From assembly GCA_034530875.2 (NCBI GenBank), contig JAVRCJ020000018.1, positions 1-64,000 on the forward strand: DNA of 64,000 nucleotides, written 5' to 3'. Both the position numbers and the translations under genes were made by a program. Under the pieces are notes generated by a model. The model had not been told where the DNA came from and did no database searches. It saw only the letters and a program-made list of their open reading frames with translations. Shown here piece by piece: positions 10,887 to 20,514 of this stretch (position 1 is the first letter of the stretch; each line of letters begins with the position of its first letter). Source of the DNA: Nostoc sp. DedSLP01 (GTDB taxonomy: Bacteria > Cyanobacteriota > Cyanobacteriia > Cyanobacteriales > Nostocaceae).

Positions 10887-11453
10887 ATGATGAAGCGAAC
10901 TAACTACTACAACGATCTGTTAGCAGATTACTCTAAGCCAGAGCTAGTTTCTCATGAGCTAGGTGTAAAACTACTCACAGATGCAGAAACATATATTTCT
11001 CTACGTGAGAATACTTTACCTGAAATAACTCTAGAATACAGTTTACAGCAAGTAGAGCAGGAAAATAAACATTGGTGGCCAACCCACTGCGAAGCACTAC
11101 GACAAGGGCGGGGGGACATTTTAGCAGGCGAATATGTCAACCAACTTGTATATTTATGTGCTGACGGGCCTTTTTATGGCAGAACCGCAGCAACAAATAG
11201 AGAAGTAAATCGATGGGCAATTCTTGCTCAACCAAGTGTAACGATAGCTTGGCCAATTATTATGTTCAATGGTGAAGTTATCTACTCTGAATGGAATTGT
11301 TTTGATGACGAAACAAACGAACTCATTGCCAAGGGAAACGAAACTTTGCTTCGACGAGGACATCGAGGTGCGTGTTACTTAAAATGCGAACAATTTAGTT
11401 TTTACCGTGACGTTTATGCCTCTGATGAATTGCTGCATTGGATCCGGCTTTAA
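10887..11453 (+). CDS. Hypothetical protein, probable NTF2/SnoaL-like fold
   Basis: 188-aa ORF with RBS. The pattern EALRQG...EY...YLCADGPFYGR...EVIYSEW resembles SnoaL-like domains (inference). Confidence 0.6.
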   Translation: MMKRTNYYNDLLADYSKPELVSHELGVKLLTDAETYISLRENTLPEITLEYSLQQVEQENKHWWPTHCEALRQGRGDILAGEYVNQLVYLCADGPFYGRTAATNREVNRWAILAQPSVTIAWPIIMFNGEVIYSEWNCFDDETNELIAKGNETLLRRGHRGACYLKCEQFSFYRDVYASDELLHWIRL

Positions 11454-11638
11454 CTAAATTAGCGATCGCTGAATATTTATAAATAAATGAAGGAGGAATA
11501 TAGCATTAAGCCAAATAATTAATTTTCGGAATTTTACTGAAACTTGGCATCAAAGGAGAAATATTTAGACTCAACTCTAGTTTAGATAGTCTGAGATGGA
11601 ACCAAGTGTGTTTAATACAATGTAATGAGGCTAAAGTG

Positions 11639-12310
11639 ATGGAATCTAATTACTTATTAAATGGCATTGACTCTTATAACGTTAACATCGCTATTAATAC
11701 AGCGATACTGACAAGTTTTGAAAAGTTCCTGCTTCAGTCCCAACCTTTGTTAAGTCATGTTTTTCGATTTATTGAGACAAATTATCATAATTCAATTAGT
11801 CTTAGAGAGGTGGCTGAGGCGGTTAGTCGGTCTCCTGCCTACCTCACCGACCTTGTACGGCGAGAGACTGGAAAAACCGTACTTTGTTGGATTGTTGAGC
11901 GTCGGATGGTAGAAGCACGCCGTCTACTTATCGAAACAGACCAGTCAGTAGAGCAGATAGCTGAAGCTGTCGGCTATCTGGATAGACGCCATTTCGGTCG
12001 CCAATTTCTCCGGCTCCACAATACAACCCCGCAAACATGGCGAAAGTCCCATCGCAGTAAGAACATCCCATGTTGGCAAAGAGTGCCACAAAAGACAAGC
12101 TCAAACGAATTAATCGCCCAGGAAACCACAACTGTGAGTTTTGCAGAAGCTCAACGGTTACAAGCATGTATCCAAGAGATTGCTGCAATTTTTAGCAAAA
12201 GTACTATTGCTAATGAAGTACTTATGTTAAAAAGCGAAAATGGTTCTGTTGCAAAAATAGACAATGGTTTGATACAGATAACTTTAGTTTCAAATCCCGA
12301 ACCGTGTTGA
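11639..12310 (+). CDS. AraC-family transcriptional regulator (paralogue 1)
   Basis: ISLREVAEAVSRSPAYLTDLVRRETG...SVEQIAEAVGYLDRRHFGRQF...TPQTWR double HTH. ATG 11639 chosen by alignment with the paralogue. Confidence 0.9.
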   Translation: MESNYLLNGIDSYNVNIAINTAILTSFEKFLLQSQPLLSHVFRFIETNYHNSISLREVAEAVSRSPAYLTDLVRRETGKTVLCWIVERRMVEARRLLIETDQSVEQIAEAVGYLDRRHFGRQFLRLHNTTPQTWRKSHRSKNIPCWQRVPQKTSSNELIAQETTTVSFAEAQRLQACIQEIAAIFSKSTIANEVLMLKSENGSVAKIDNGLIQITLVSNPEPC

Positions 12311-12595
12311 GTTCAAATCAAGGCATGGAACATTTTTGTACTGATTGCCGAACTAACCCTGTTTTATCACTCCAGTAAAACAATAATCTCAGCAAGGTTC
12401 TGAAAATTTTATTGAGTCAAGCTTTGAGCTTTTATTTTCTAATAGCTAAATAGAATTGATAGCTCAAACTAGGAAATTAAAGCTCTGAGAACTTTTCAGC
12501 AATTGGCTTTTTCAAAAGTAAAGTGAGAAAACAGGGCTAATCAAAGCTTGGGGGCAATCAGTAGCCAAAAATCAACTATCAACGTAGCAGATCGT

Positions 12596-12817
12596 ATGAA
12601 AAATTGTCCTTGCTGCTCGCACCGGCTTCTACAACACATTAGTAATAACCAAGTCTACTGGTTCTGCCGAAGTTGCTGGCTAGAAATGCCTCTATTAAAA
12701 TTAGAAAATTCTGCTCAAGAAAAATCTGAAAGCTTAATTAACTTTATCAAATTGGAGAATAAAGAAGTATTAACAAGCACGGTTAGAGAGATTCTACCAT
12801 TGCTCTGGCATCAATAA
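12596..12817 (+). CDS. Small zinc-ribbon protein
   Basis: MKNCPCC...YWFCRSCW..MP: CxxC pairs of a common small cyanobacterial protein. Confidence 0.7.
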   Translation: MKNCPCCSHRLLQHISNNQVYWFCRSCWLEMPLLKLENSAQEKSESLINFIKLENKEVLTSTVREILPLLWHQ

Positions 12818-12864
12818 CAGGCATGACTAAAACAATATAAATTGAAGTTTTTAATCTTAGAACT

Positions 12865-13335
12865 ATGAGTACTAATTTAATTACTGCCATAATTAATAAC
12901 AATCTTAAAGAGGCTAAAAAATTAATTGAAACTGGCGTAAACGTTAACCAAACAGACAGCAGTGGAAATAGCCTCTTGATTGTCAGTTCTGCTAACGGTC
13001 AATCAGAAATGGTGAAGTTACTACTTGATGCTGGTGCTGATATTCACGCGGTTGACTCAAATATGAAAGCTACTGCACTCCATGCCTCTGCCTATTTGAG
13101 ACATCCAAAGGTCATGAAAATTCTGATTGAATACGGGATTAATATAAACGCTCAAGGGCCTTATAACGGATATACTGCCCTACACGATGCAGTTTGGCAG
13201 AATAATATTGAAGGAGTCAGGCTGCTGATCGACGCGGGTGCTCGCTTAGACATCAAAGCTAACAACGGAGACACTCCTTTAGATATTGCCAAAAAAAGTG
13301 GGCGTAAAGAAATTGTTGCTATGCTTTCTAATTAG
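12865..13335 (+). CDS. Ankyrin repeat protein
   Basis: Repeats GNSLLIVS, ATALHASA, GYTALHDAV, GDTPLDIA. Confidence 0.92.
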   Translation: MSTNLITAIINNNLKEAKKLIETGVNVNQTDSSGNSLLIVSSANGQSEMVKLLLDAGADIHAVDSNMKATALHASAYLRHPKVMKILIEYGININAQGPYNGYTALHDAVWQNNIEGVRLLIDAGARLDIKANNGDTPLDIAKKSGRKEIVAMLSN

Positions 13336-13493
13336 GAAACTGAAGTGTCCTTCAATTTCAAACTTATTTCTACTTGCGTCACCTAAATATTAGATCTGTC
13401 TTGAAAATAAGCCAGGTCTATTAATTAAACAGTTAGGATCTGAAAATAGCTTTTGAGCGATCGCTATAGAAAACAAAATCATAATACTAAAAT

Positions 13494-15086
13494 CTAAAAC
13501 TCCATCGCTTGATTGACATATATTTCAATATCTTTACCTGCGTGCAAAAACCAGATATTAGTACGTTGCATCCTGATTTTAGAGATAGCCTGTTGATTTC
13601 GCTGAAAAATTGTAGGAAGTACAGTTTTTATCCCGCCTTCTACCAAACCTGCTAATGTGTTGCCTCTTGGGTTGTCGCTGGTGTATTGTGTGCCGTTAGT
13701 AGTTATGGTGGTTTGGGAATCAGTACGATTAGATAACTCTGCGGCTTTACTAGCACCACCTAAAAAAAATAGTCCTACATCAATCCCAGCAATCGACGAT
13801 CCTCGTTCGGGAAATTGGTCGGCTATTAAAGGTTTTCCTTGGGGAGCGCGAATAACCATAGCATTTTGCGCTAAGCTTTTTTGTGTGAGAGTGCGATTAT
13901 TTTCTAGAATGACTTTGACTACATCCAGCTTTAGTAAACCCTGTTGAGAAATAGAACGAATTTTAATTAAAAACTCAGTGTTAGCAGGTAAAGCGATCGC
14001 ACCATCCACAGATTTTAATGGTTGTTTCAATCGCCCAACAAATACGTTATTGTTATCGTCTTGATTATTGTTAGTTTTTGCTTTAGTAGTTTCCCCAAAC
14101 ACAGCTGTTGCTAATACAGCTTTAACGCTGGTTCCCGCTGGTACCAATTTTGGCTTTGATGATTGTACTTGGCTCACTATCGAAGTTGTCAGCGATTGGA
14201 TTTGGTTAGGATTAGAATTTGGTATTTGTCGTACCACCTGGATATTTTTAATAGGTGGATTGGTAGCAATTCTACTATTAGGTTTATCAGTGATATTTAC
14301 CTGACCATAACTACCTAACTTTGCTAATCTTTTCCATTCCTGGATTGGGTTTGGTGTGGGTGATGGAGTAAAATCAACGACTGATTGATTATCTGGTTTG
14401 ATAGCTGGTAACTGTGAAGGTTGAGGTACTTGTTTAACTGTGACTATCTCAGGCTGAAAAACTGTTTGTATAGGTGTTCTTTGCAGTGTGATTGGCTGTT
14501 TACTTCTAGAATCACCTGACGATTTTACATCTGAAGTGGCTGTAAGCTGAGGAAGCTTTAATTTTTCACTTTTAAGGTTTTTTTGTGTGGCTTCGATTGA
14601 TTCTGCTTGTTGAGTCAGGGCTAATTTTGTTTTCAAAATTTCTATTTCTTCTTCTAGCTCTTGAGAAGTGGATGCAGTAGTTAATTGCGATCGCCCTTGT
14701 AAGACAACAATATTATTTTTTAGCTTTTGACTGCTAGCATTCATCAGCTGGAATAAAAACCCAGCTGTTAACAAAACTATAGCTAAGGTAGCAGTCCCTA
14801 CTAAACCTAACTTAGCAAATCGATTAGACAAGAAGAATTCTTGAGCCTCAAGTTCTTGCGATTGGGAAACTGACTTTTCTAAAGTAATAGTGTCTTCTAA
14901 AGCTGGAACTTCAATAGCATGGCATTCTTCTGCCAAGCCAACCAACCTTGCGATTTGTGATTCCCAATCTAAAGATTCTACTTCTAGTGGAGGTTCATCC
15001 GAGTTTAAAGATGATAAATTTTGTGCAGAAATTTTTGAACTAATTGAATCTTTAACTATTGTATAAATTGAGGTTTGATTTTTCAT
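13494..15086 (-). CDS. TrbI/VirB10-like membrane protein
   Basis: One TM helix, coiled coil, Pro/Gln-rich linker, and C-terminal VPAGTSVKAVLAT...LKQPL...ALPANT...AGKDIEIYVN beta domain typical of cyanobacterial TrbI/VirB10. Confidence 0.7.
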   Translation of the reverse strand: MKNQTSIYTIVKDSISSKISAQNLSSLNSDEPPLEVESLDWESQIARLVGLAEECHAIEVPALEDTITLEKSVSQSQELEAQEFFLSNRFAKLGLVGTATLAIVLLTAGFLFQLMNASSQKLKNNIVVLQGRSQLTTASTSQELEEEIEILKTKLALTQQAESIEATQKNLKSEKLKLPQLTATSDVKSSGDSRSKQPITLQRTPIQTVFQPEIVTVKQVPQPSQLPAIKPDNQSVVDFTPSPTPNPIQEWKRLAKLGSYGQVNITDKPNSRIATNPPIKNIQVVRQIPNSNPNQIQSLTTSIVSQVQSSKPKLVPAGTSVKAVLATAVFGETTKAKTNNNQDDNNNVFVGRLKQPLKSVDGAIALPANTEFLIKIRSISQQGLLKLDVVKVILENNRTLTQKSLAQNAMVIRAPQGKPLIADQFPERGSSIAGIDVGLFFLGGASKAAELSNRTDSQTTITTNGTQYTSDNPRGNTLAGLVEGGIKTVLPTIFQRNQQAISKIRMQRTNIWFLHAGKDIEIYVNQAMEF

Positions 15087-15451
15087 ACAAATTATTATTC
15101 CTATTTTTAAACTTAGTTGAAAACTTGGTATTTAATTAACGAAGGCAGAAGGCCGTTTTTGTAACGAGGATTTATACCCGGTTCTAAAAACTTTGGACGA
15201 AGTATAGTTTTAGACCGGATTGTTTCGATAAAACTTATGTTTTTATCTCAAATACATTATTAATCAAATTTTTTAAATATTATTTATGTTGAAAAACCTG
15301 CTGATTGCAGGCTTTGTTGCATATATCTAAACTGAAGAATACTGCTTTTTAAAATTTGATATCAAGCCCGTTGATTGCTTATTATCAAAACTTTCGGTAT
15401 TAGCCTTAATTATAAGTGTCCTTCGGACTTGATATCCTTCTAAAGAAACTA

Positions 15452-16201
15452 TCACCAAGGCAAAGAAAATGGACCGCCAAACTTTCTCATTTCTGCAAAA
15501 AAGCCACCTTGAGAACCGCCATCTGGCAGTGTAGCCAAATAAACAGCTGTTTGTGCGCCTTCTTCTGCGGTCAAGGGTGCATCTGCTCCTCCAATATCAG
15601 TTTTCATCCATCCAGGAGAATAGTTATTGACTAAAACATTAGTGCCTTTTAGCTCTTTAGCTAACAGACAAGCCACTCCATTTAAAGCAATTTTTGACAG
15701 CCTATATGAGGGAGCAATAGAATAAAAATCGTTACTTATAAGGCTTAAGGATGCCATTTCAGTAGATACATTGACAATGCGGCCATAATTACGCTCTTTC
15801 ATGAGAGGAATTAGTGCTTGACACATCCGCAATGCGCCTATTGTATTGACTGCAAATGACGAGATAACTGTATCTAATTTCGCAGTCATTATACTGCTTT
15901 CTTCAGGCTCTTTTGTAGAATTGATGCCTGCATTATTGACTAATATATCTACCCTCTCATACTGTTTATGTAACTCACTGAGAAAATTTTCAACACTTTT
16001 GTCATCAGTTACATCAAGAGGTAAATAGTCAACTTTAAGGCCTTGTTGTACCAATTTACCACAAGCTTCCAATCCCTGTGTTTCGTCTCGACTGGACATG
16101 ATAACTTGAATATTTTCTAGCTTCGCTAATTGCCGGGCAATCTCAAAACCAAGACCTTTGGAACTGCCTGTAATAACTGCGACTCTTTTTTCTGTTTTCA
16201 T
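15452..16201 (-). CDS. Short-chain dehydrogenase/reductase (carbonyl-reductase-like)
   Basis: TGSSKGLG, NNAG, YRLSK (YxxxK), PGWMKTD. Confidence 0.92.
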   Translation of the reverse strand: MKTEKRVAVITGSSKGLGFEIARQLAKLENIQVIMSSRDETQGLEACGKLVQQGLKVDYLPLDVTDDKSVENFLSELHKQYERVDILVNNAGINSTKEPEESSIMTAKLDTVISSFAVNTIGALRMCQALIPLMKERNYGRIVNVSTEMASLSLISNDFYSIAPSYRLSKIALNGVACLLAKELKGTNVLVNNYSPGWMKTDIGGADAPLTAEEGAQTAVYLATLPDGGSQGGFFAEMRKFGGPFSLPW

Positions 16202-16347
16202 GATTAGTTTACGACACAAAGTACTATCCGACGTTCATCAATAACCTCAGCAGTAATTTAGCAGTGATACTCTATATGGTTATTAGTATTTGTATGGCTT
16301 TGTTAACTAAATGACTTAGTTAAGTTTTGTTTTGCAGATGCGATCGC

Positions 16348-17958
16348 CTAACCGTTAATATCTTCTGCGATGATTTTGTCCATACAACGTTCTGCTAAAG
16401 CTGCAATGGTAAAAGAAGGATTCGTACAACCTGTAGAGCCTGGAATCAGCGCACCATCAACAACATAAAGTCTAGGGTAACCATATACCCGCCCAAATGG
16501 GTCGCAAGCTTTTCCCATCACGCAACCACCCAAAGGATGACCAGTAATGGCAGCATCATTATTTTCAGATACAACAGTATTATTTCGGGATTTTGATATC
16601 ATCCCCTCTTCGGTTTTATGGTGAGGTTGTTTTCCAAAAGTATTAAGGTTGCGATCGAGGGTTGCGAAAAGACTCTCTGTCTTTTTGACAATGCGATCGT
16701 CGGCAGATCCCGGCCACTCCAAATCAACACTATCTGTAGAGAAATTGTATGTAAACTTACCCCTTGGACGAGGAATACCTAAACCAAGACAAGATTGGAT
16801 ACCGTCAGGATTATTCCCCAGTTCAAGACTCTCTACAACTATAGGAGTCGGCCCATCAAGTCGCTCAATAGCAGCACCTGCGGTTCCTCCATTACCTGTT
16901 ACAGGGCCTAAACCCGATCTAATTGTAATGTTATCTCCATTAGTTCCCCAATTTTTACCAACGAAGTTATTTAACAGAGGTAATGAATTTTTTGCTTTAG
17001 CTTTAACTAAAAGTTTAGAAGTTGCGACAGAACCAGCTGCGATAAATAAATAGCGGCAGGTAAAGGTTTTTTTCCCGATAAGTTCTCCTGACTCATTAAT
17101 TTCATTACAGAAAACACGGTAATTTTCTTGTCCAGGTATTTTAGTAATATCTGTAACTAAATGTAGAGTCAACACATTTACTTTCCCCGTATTTTCCGCT
17201 TGAGGAAGATAGTTGCGATCTAAACTATTTTTTGCTCCACTATTAACACCCCACCAACATTGACCATTGATAACAGAAGGTCTTTTTGAGCCATTAATTT
17301 CTTGACGAATTACATCCCAATCTACAGCTAGATCTAGTAAAAAGCTTGGCAAGCCTGCCTTATTTGCATTCTCTATGAAAAATCGTGTTTTACCATAGTA
17401 ACTAGTAGCTAAAACATCCTGTGGAATTGGTGATGCTTTTAGCATTTTTTGAACTCGAGGATAGTAAATCGAATCTAGCTCGTCATAATCAACAACAGAA
17501 TAATCAAAAACCTTATAAAACATTTCTCGCTTAGGTTTATAAGTGATAGCGTTATAAACTAACGAACCACCCCCGAAACCAGCACCATTAACAACAATAA
17601 TTCCTTTTTCCTGTAGTGTTTCAAAAACTCCTGTATACACATCTACAGAATCGTTAAACACAGATTTTGTACTCAGCCAAGCGGCTCTACCGTCAGGTTT
17701 ATCGAAAGTTGCAAAAGTATTTTGATTGGGTGTAATAGGCCAACGCTTACCTCGTTCTAAAATCAAGGTGTTAATACCAGCTTGCCCCAATCGTAAAGCT
17801 GCAATAGCTCCACCAAAACCGCTACCAATTACTACTGCGTCTATATAATCATCGCTAGCACGAGTCCGATTTGGAAATGCCAATGAACCGGCTAAACCAG
17901 CAGAAAATAGTGCAGTACTCTGAAGAAAATAGCGACGCTTAAAAGGCTTATGAATCAT
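16348..17958 (-). CDS. Tat-exported GMC oxidoreductase, cholesterol-oxidase-like (copy 1)
   Basis: KRRYFLQ twin-Arg signal, GSGFGG FAD motif, GHPLGG, LYVVDGALIPG, TNPSFTIAALAER. ATG 17958 follows GGAG. Confidence 0.9.
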   Translation of the reverse strand: MIHKPFKRRYFLQSTALFSAGLAGSLAFPNRTRASDDYIDAVVIGSGFGGAIAALRLGQAGINTLILERGKRWPITPNQNTFATFDKPDGRAAWLSTKSVFNDSVDVYTGVFETLQEKGIIVVNGAGFGGGSLVYNAITYKPKREMFYKVFDYSVVDYDELDSIYYPRVQKMLKASPIPQDVLATSYYGKTRFFIENANKAGLPSFLLDLAVDWDVIRQEINGSKRPSVINGQCWWGVNSGAKNSLDRNYLPQAENTGKVNVLTLHLVTDITKIPGQENYRVFCNEINESGELIGKKTFTCRYLFIAAGSVATSKLLVKAKAKNSLPLLNNFVGKNWGTNGDNITIRSGLGPVTGNGGTAGAAIERLDGPTPIVVESLELGNNPDGIQSCLGLGIPRPRGKFTYNFSTDSVDLEWPGSADDRIVKKTESLFATLDRNLNTFGKQPHHKTEEGMISKSRNNTVVSENNDAAITGHPLGGCVMGKACDPFGRVYGYPRLYVVDGALIPGSTGCTNPSFTIAALAERCMDKIIAEDING

Positions 17959-18324
17959 ATAGTTCTCCAAATTTTAGTAATATCCAGTTTTCTAGAAAAT
18001 CAACTTATACTAACTAATTAGTATTTTAAAGTTTCAATTTTTGAACTAGTATTACAGTTATTTTCTGTAGACAATGAATATCTATTTAAAATATAAATAC
18101 TTTAAGTCCTGGTAAATAAAATGGCGATTGTATTTTAATAACTCAATATTTTGAGAAAAAACAATCGCCTAAACGTAGGTTTTGTTCTTTGAAAAAGCAG
18201 GCTAGTTACTCATGGGAAAAATCCCAAAGCTCTGATAGTGGGAAGCCTCCGATCGGACTTATCTTTGCAAAGCTTTGGCTCTTTTATTTTTCAGTTCAAG
18301 CGTTTTTGTTAAGTCTTTAATTAC

Positions 18325-19047
18325 TTATCCAACTACTCCTGTTACTGTATTCTTGGCTGGTTGGCGGAAACGCAATGAAGTATACCACCACCACAAACCA
18401 TGTGATGCTTTCCACCATTCACCAACGGTGACAGTATCATCAAGTTTCTCAAGTTCCGGATTCTTGGGAAGAATAAAGTAGATAAGATTCGATGTTTCTT
18501 CTAATGACTGAATCTTTAAGTCAGCAGGAAATGGTATTCCCATTTCTCCTTCAAATATGGATCTTGGATCGTTAAGGAGTTTTTGACGGAAGGCTTCATT
18601 AGTCCAAGAACGAACTATCCATAACGCTTGTAAACTTTCTCTGTAAGCTCTAGCTTTAGTAGCGCCAGCGAGTCGATAGTAAAAATACCAAAAAGTATCA
18701 ATGATTGGCCACCAACTAGCAAATTGTTCGTATCTGTACCAATGCTCTTCAACTGGTGGAGTTGCAGGAAGTACAAAGTAGAAGGTTTTCTCAGGTTCTT
18801 CTAAAACCTTAACCTCTACATTTGCAGGAAATGTAATTCCTGTTTCTCTTTCAAACACAACTTTTGGATTGGTAAGTATTTCTTGCTTGAGGGATTCATC
18901 ATTCCAAATGCGGTCAATCAGTCGTGCTTGTAAAGCCTCATAATAAGGCCCAAAATTCGTGATATCTACACCAGACCAAAGCTTTCTAACTTGAGGGAAG
19001 TCAGCAGAGGTAGAGATATTTGTCAAGGAAGGATTCGTGGTAACCAT
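18325..19047 (-). CDS. Protein with two tandem nitrile-hydratase-like leader (NHLP) domains, each followed by a Trp/Tyr-rich segment
   Basis: RIWNDESLKQEILTNPK...FPANVEVKVLEE...YFVLP and RSWTNEAFRQKLLNDPR...FPADLKIQSLEET..YFILP. Confidence 0.8.
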   Translation of the reverse strand: MVTTNPSLTNISTSADFPQVRKLWSGVDITNFGPYYEALQARLIDRIWNDESLKQEILTNPKVVFERETGITFPANVEVKVLEEPEKTFYFVLPATPPVEEHWYRYEQFASWWPIIDTFWYFYYRLAGATKARAYRESLQALWIVRSWTNEAFRQKLLNDPRSIFEGEMGIPFPADLKIQSLEETSNLIYFILPKNPELEKLDDTVTVGEWWKASHGLWWWYTSLRFRQPAKNTVTGVVG

Positions 19048-19124
19048 TGTTAACTAGTTCAGTAAAAAAGTGGGTTTGATTGCAATAGTAAAGAGAAATT
19101 AAGTCCTATTAGGCGGATTTGGTA

Positions 19125-19841
19125 TTACACTGGCTCAGCAGCAGGAACTACCAAAAGCCTGGGAATAAGGACGTTACCTGGCTGTTCTAAGATGAAACGA
19201 ACACAACGAGCAATGTCTGTTGGTTGCAGTACACCTCCTGAATAGATGAAATCTTTTTGCTGGTCTCCCCATTTATCGTATAAGCCTGTATCTACCGTGC
19301 CTGGAGCAATGCTTGATACGCGAATGTCAGTTCCTGCAAGTTCTACGCGGAGGGAATCTGTAAAAGCCTCGATCGCAAATTTAGTACCGCAGTAAGCACC
19401 TAGTTGGGGAACTGTTTTTAACCCAGCAATACTTGAAGTATTGATTAAAAATCCACTACCAGATTCTTTGAAGTGTCGGAGTGCTGTGTAGCCAATCCTG
19501 TAAGCAGACTCTACATTGACTCGAACCATTTGGCAGATTGCTTCGATATCGACACCTTCAATCGGCCCTACAGTCATCACGCCTGCATTGTTAAAAACAA
19601 TGTCAAGTTGGCCAAAACTTTGGATAGCAAAATCTACCAATTTTTGTGGCAATTCAGGGTTTGTGATTTCACCAGCAACGAATTTGGCATGTTTCAAATT
19701 CGACGCAAGGCGTTCGAGTTTGTCTTGCGATCGCGCTGTGAGTACTAAATTTACTCCTGCTGCGTCCAACTCCTTAGCAACTGCTTCGCCAATGCCACCA
19801 CTAGCACCAGTGATAATAGCAACTTTATTTTCTAAACTCAT
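19125..19841 (-). CDS. Short-chain dehydrogenase/reductase
   Basis: TGASGGIG, NNAG, YCGTK; AGGAG RBS. Confidence 0.93.
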   Translation of the reverse strand: MSLENKVAIITGASGGIGEAVAKELDAAGVNLVLTARSQDKLERLASNLKHAKFVAGEITNPELPQKLVDFAIQSFGQLDIVFNNAGVMTVGPIEGVDIEAICQMVRVNVESAYRIGYTALRHFKESGSGFLINTSSIAGLKTVPQLGAYCGTKFAIEAFTDSLRVELAGTDIRVSSIAPGTVDTGLYDKWGDQQKDFIYSGGVLQPTDIARCVRFILEQPGNVLIPRLLVVPAAEPV

Positions 19842-20063
19842 CTACTTCTCCTTTAAGTCTGTCGATGAATATGTTAATTTGGAATTTGGTATTTCTAATG
19901 CTTTCTCCCTAATAACTGAATTAATAGCAACACATTAATTTCTTGTTAATTAGGTGGGCGATTCATGTCTAAATAAAAGTGAGTGCGACCTCAATTACTT
20001 AGTGATTTTTGTTGTCTGGCAACCCTGATTTTCCTTTACTTTATAAATAATTAAAAATAATTA

Positions 20064-20090
20064 AAAGGGTCAAATTTTGGAAATAAGTTT
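20064..20090 (-). promoter_or_regulatory. Shared 27-bp operator/promoter motif (copy upstream of SDR-NHLP-GMC unit)
   Basis: Minus strand: AAAAAATAC-AAACTTATTTCCAAAATTTGACCCTTT, then TTTTAA-N17-TAAAGT. Confidence 0.6.
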
Positions 20091-20514
20091 GTATTTTTTC
20101 GGTTTTTCATTTTTAAGTTTTATTTTTAGTTTTGAGTTGATTAAATCAAAACTTAGAATTTTTAAAATCTTAAAACATTTCCAAAAAGTTGTTAATTATA
20201 GATTGTTCATTTCAAAGATTAACTGTATAAAGAGAAAAATTTAAAGTTGCTAATTACAAACTTAAAAATATTAGCAAACTGCTGGATATTGAAATTGCAT
20301 AATTAGGGCAGCAAAATGACCACTCCAGAAAATTTTTATATGTCACCCATCGTGTTTATTTTCTTGTTGTTTGGGGCTTGATGGGAATGCAGCAATACCG
20401 TTGGTTAACGATTTTTTTGTTGAGGCAGGCTGTTCTTGAGCAGGGGGAGAATTATTCCTCCCCTGCTTCCCTCAAATGTCTTGGGAGTGCAAGCGCCTTT
20501 ACTAAAATTTATCT

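Noticed and set aside
18325..19047. Nitrile hydratase alpha subunit or canonical NHLP RiPP cluster
   Set aside because: No CxxCSC metal motif, no beta subunit, no GG cleavage motif and no modifying enzymes or C39 exporter nearby.
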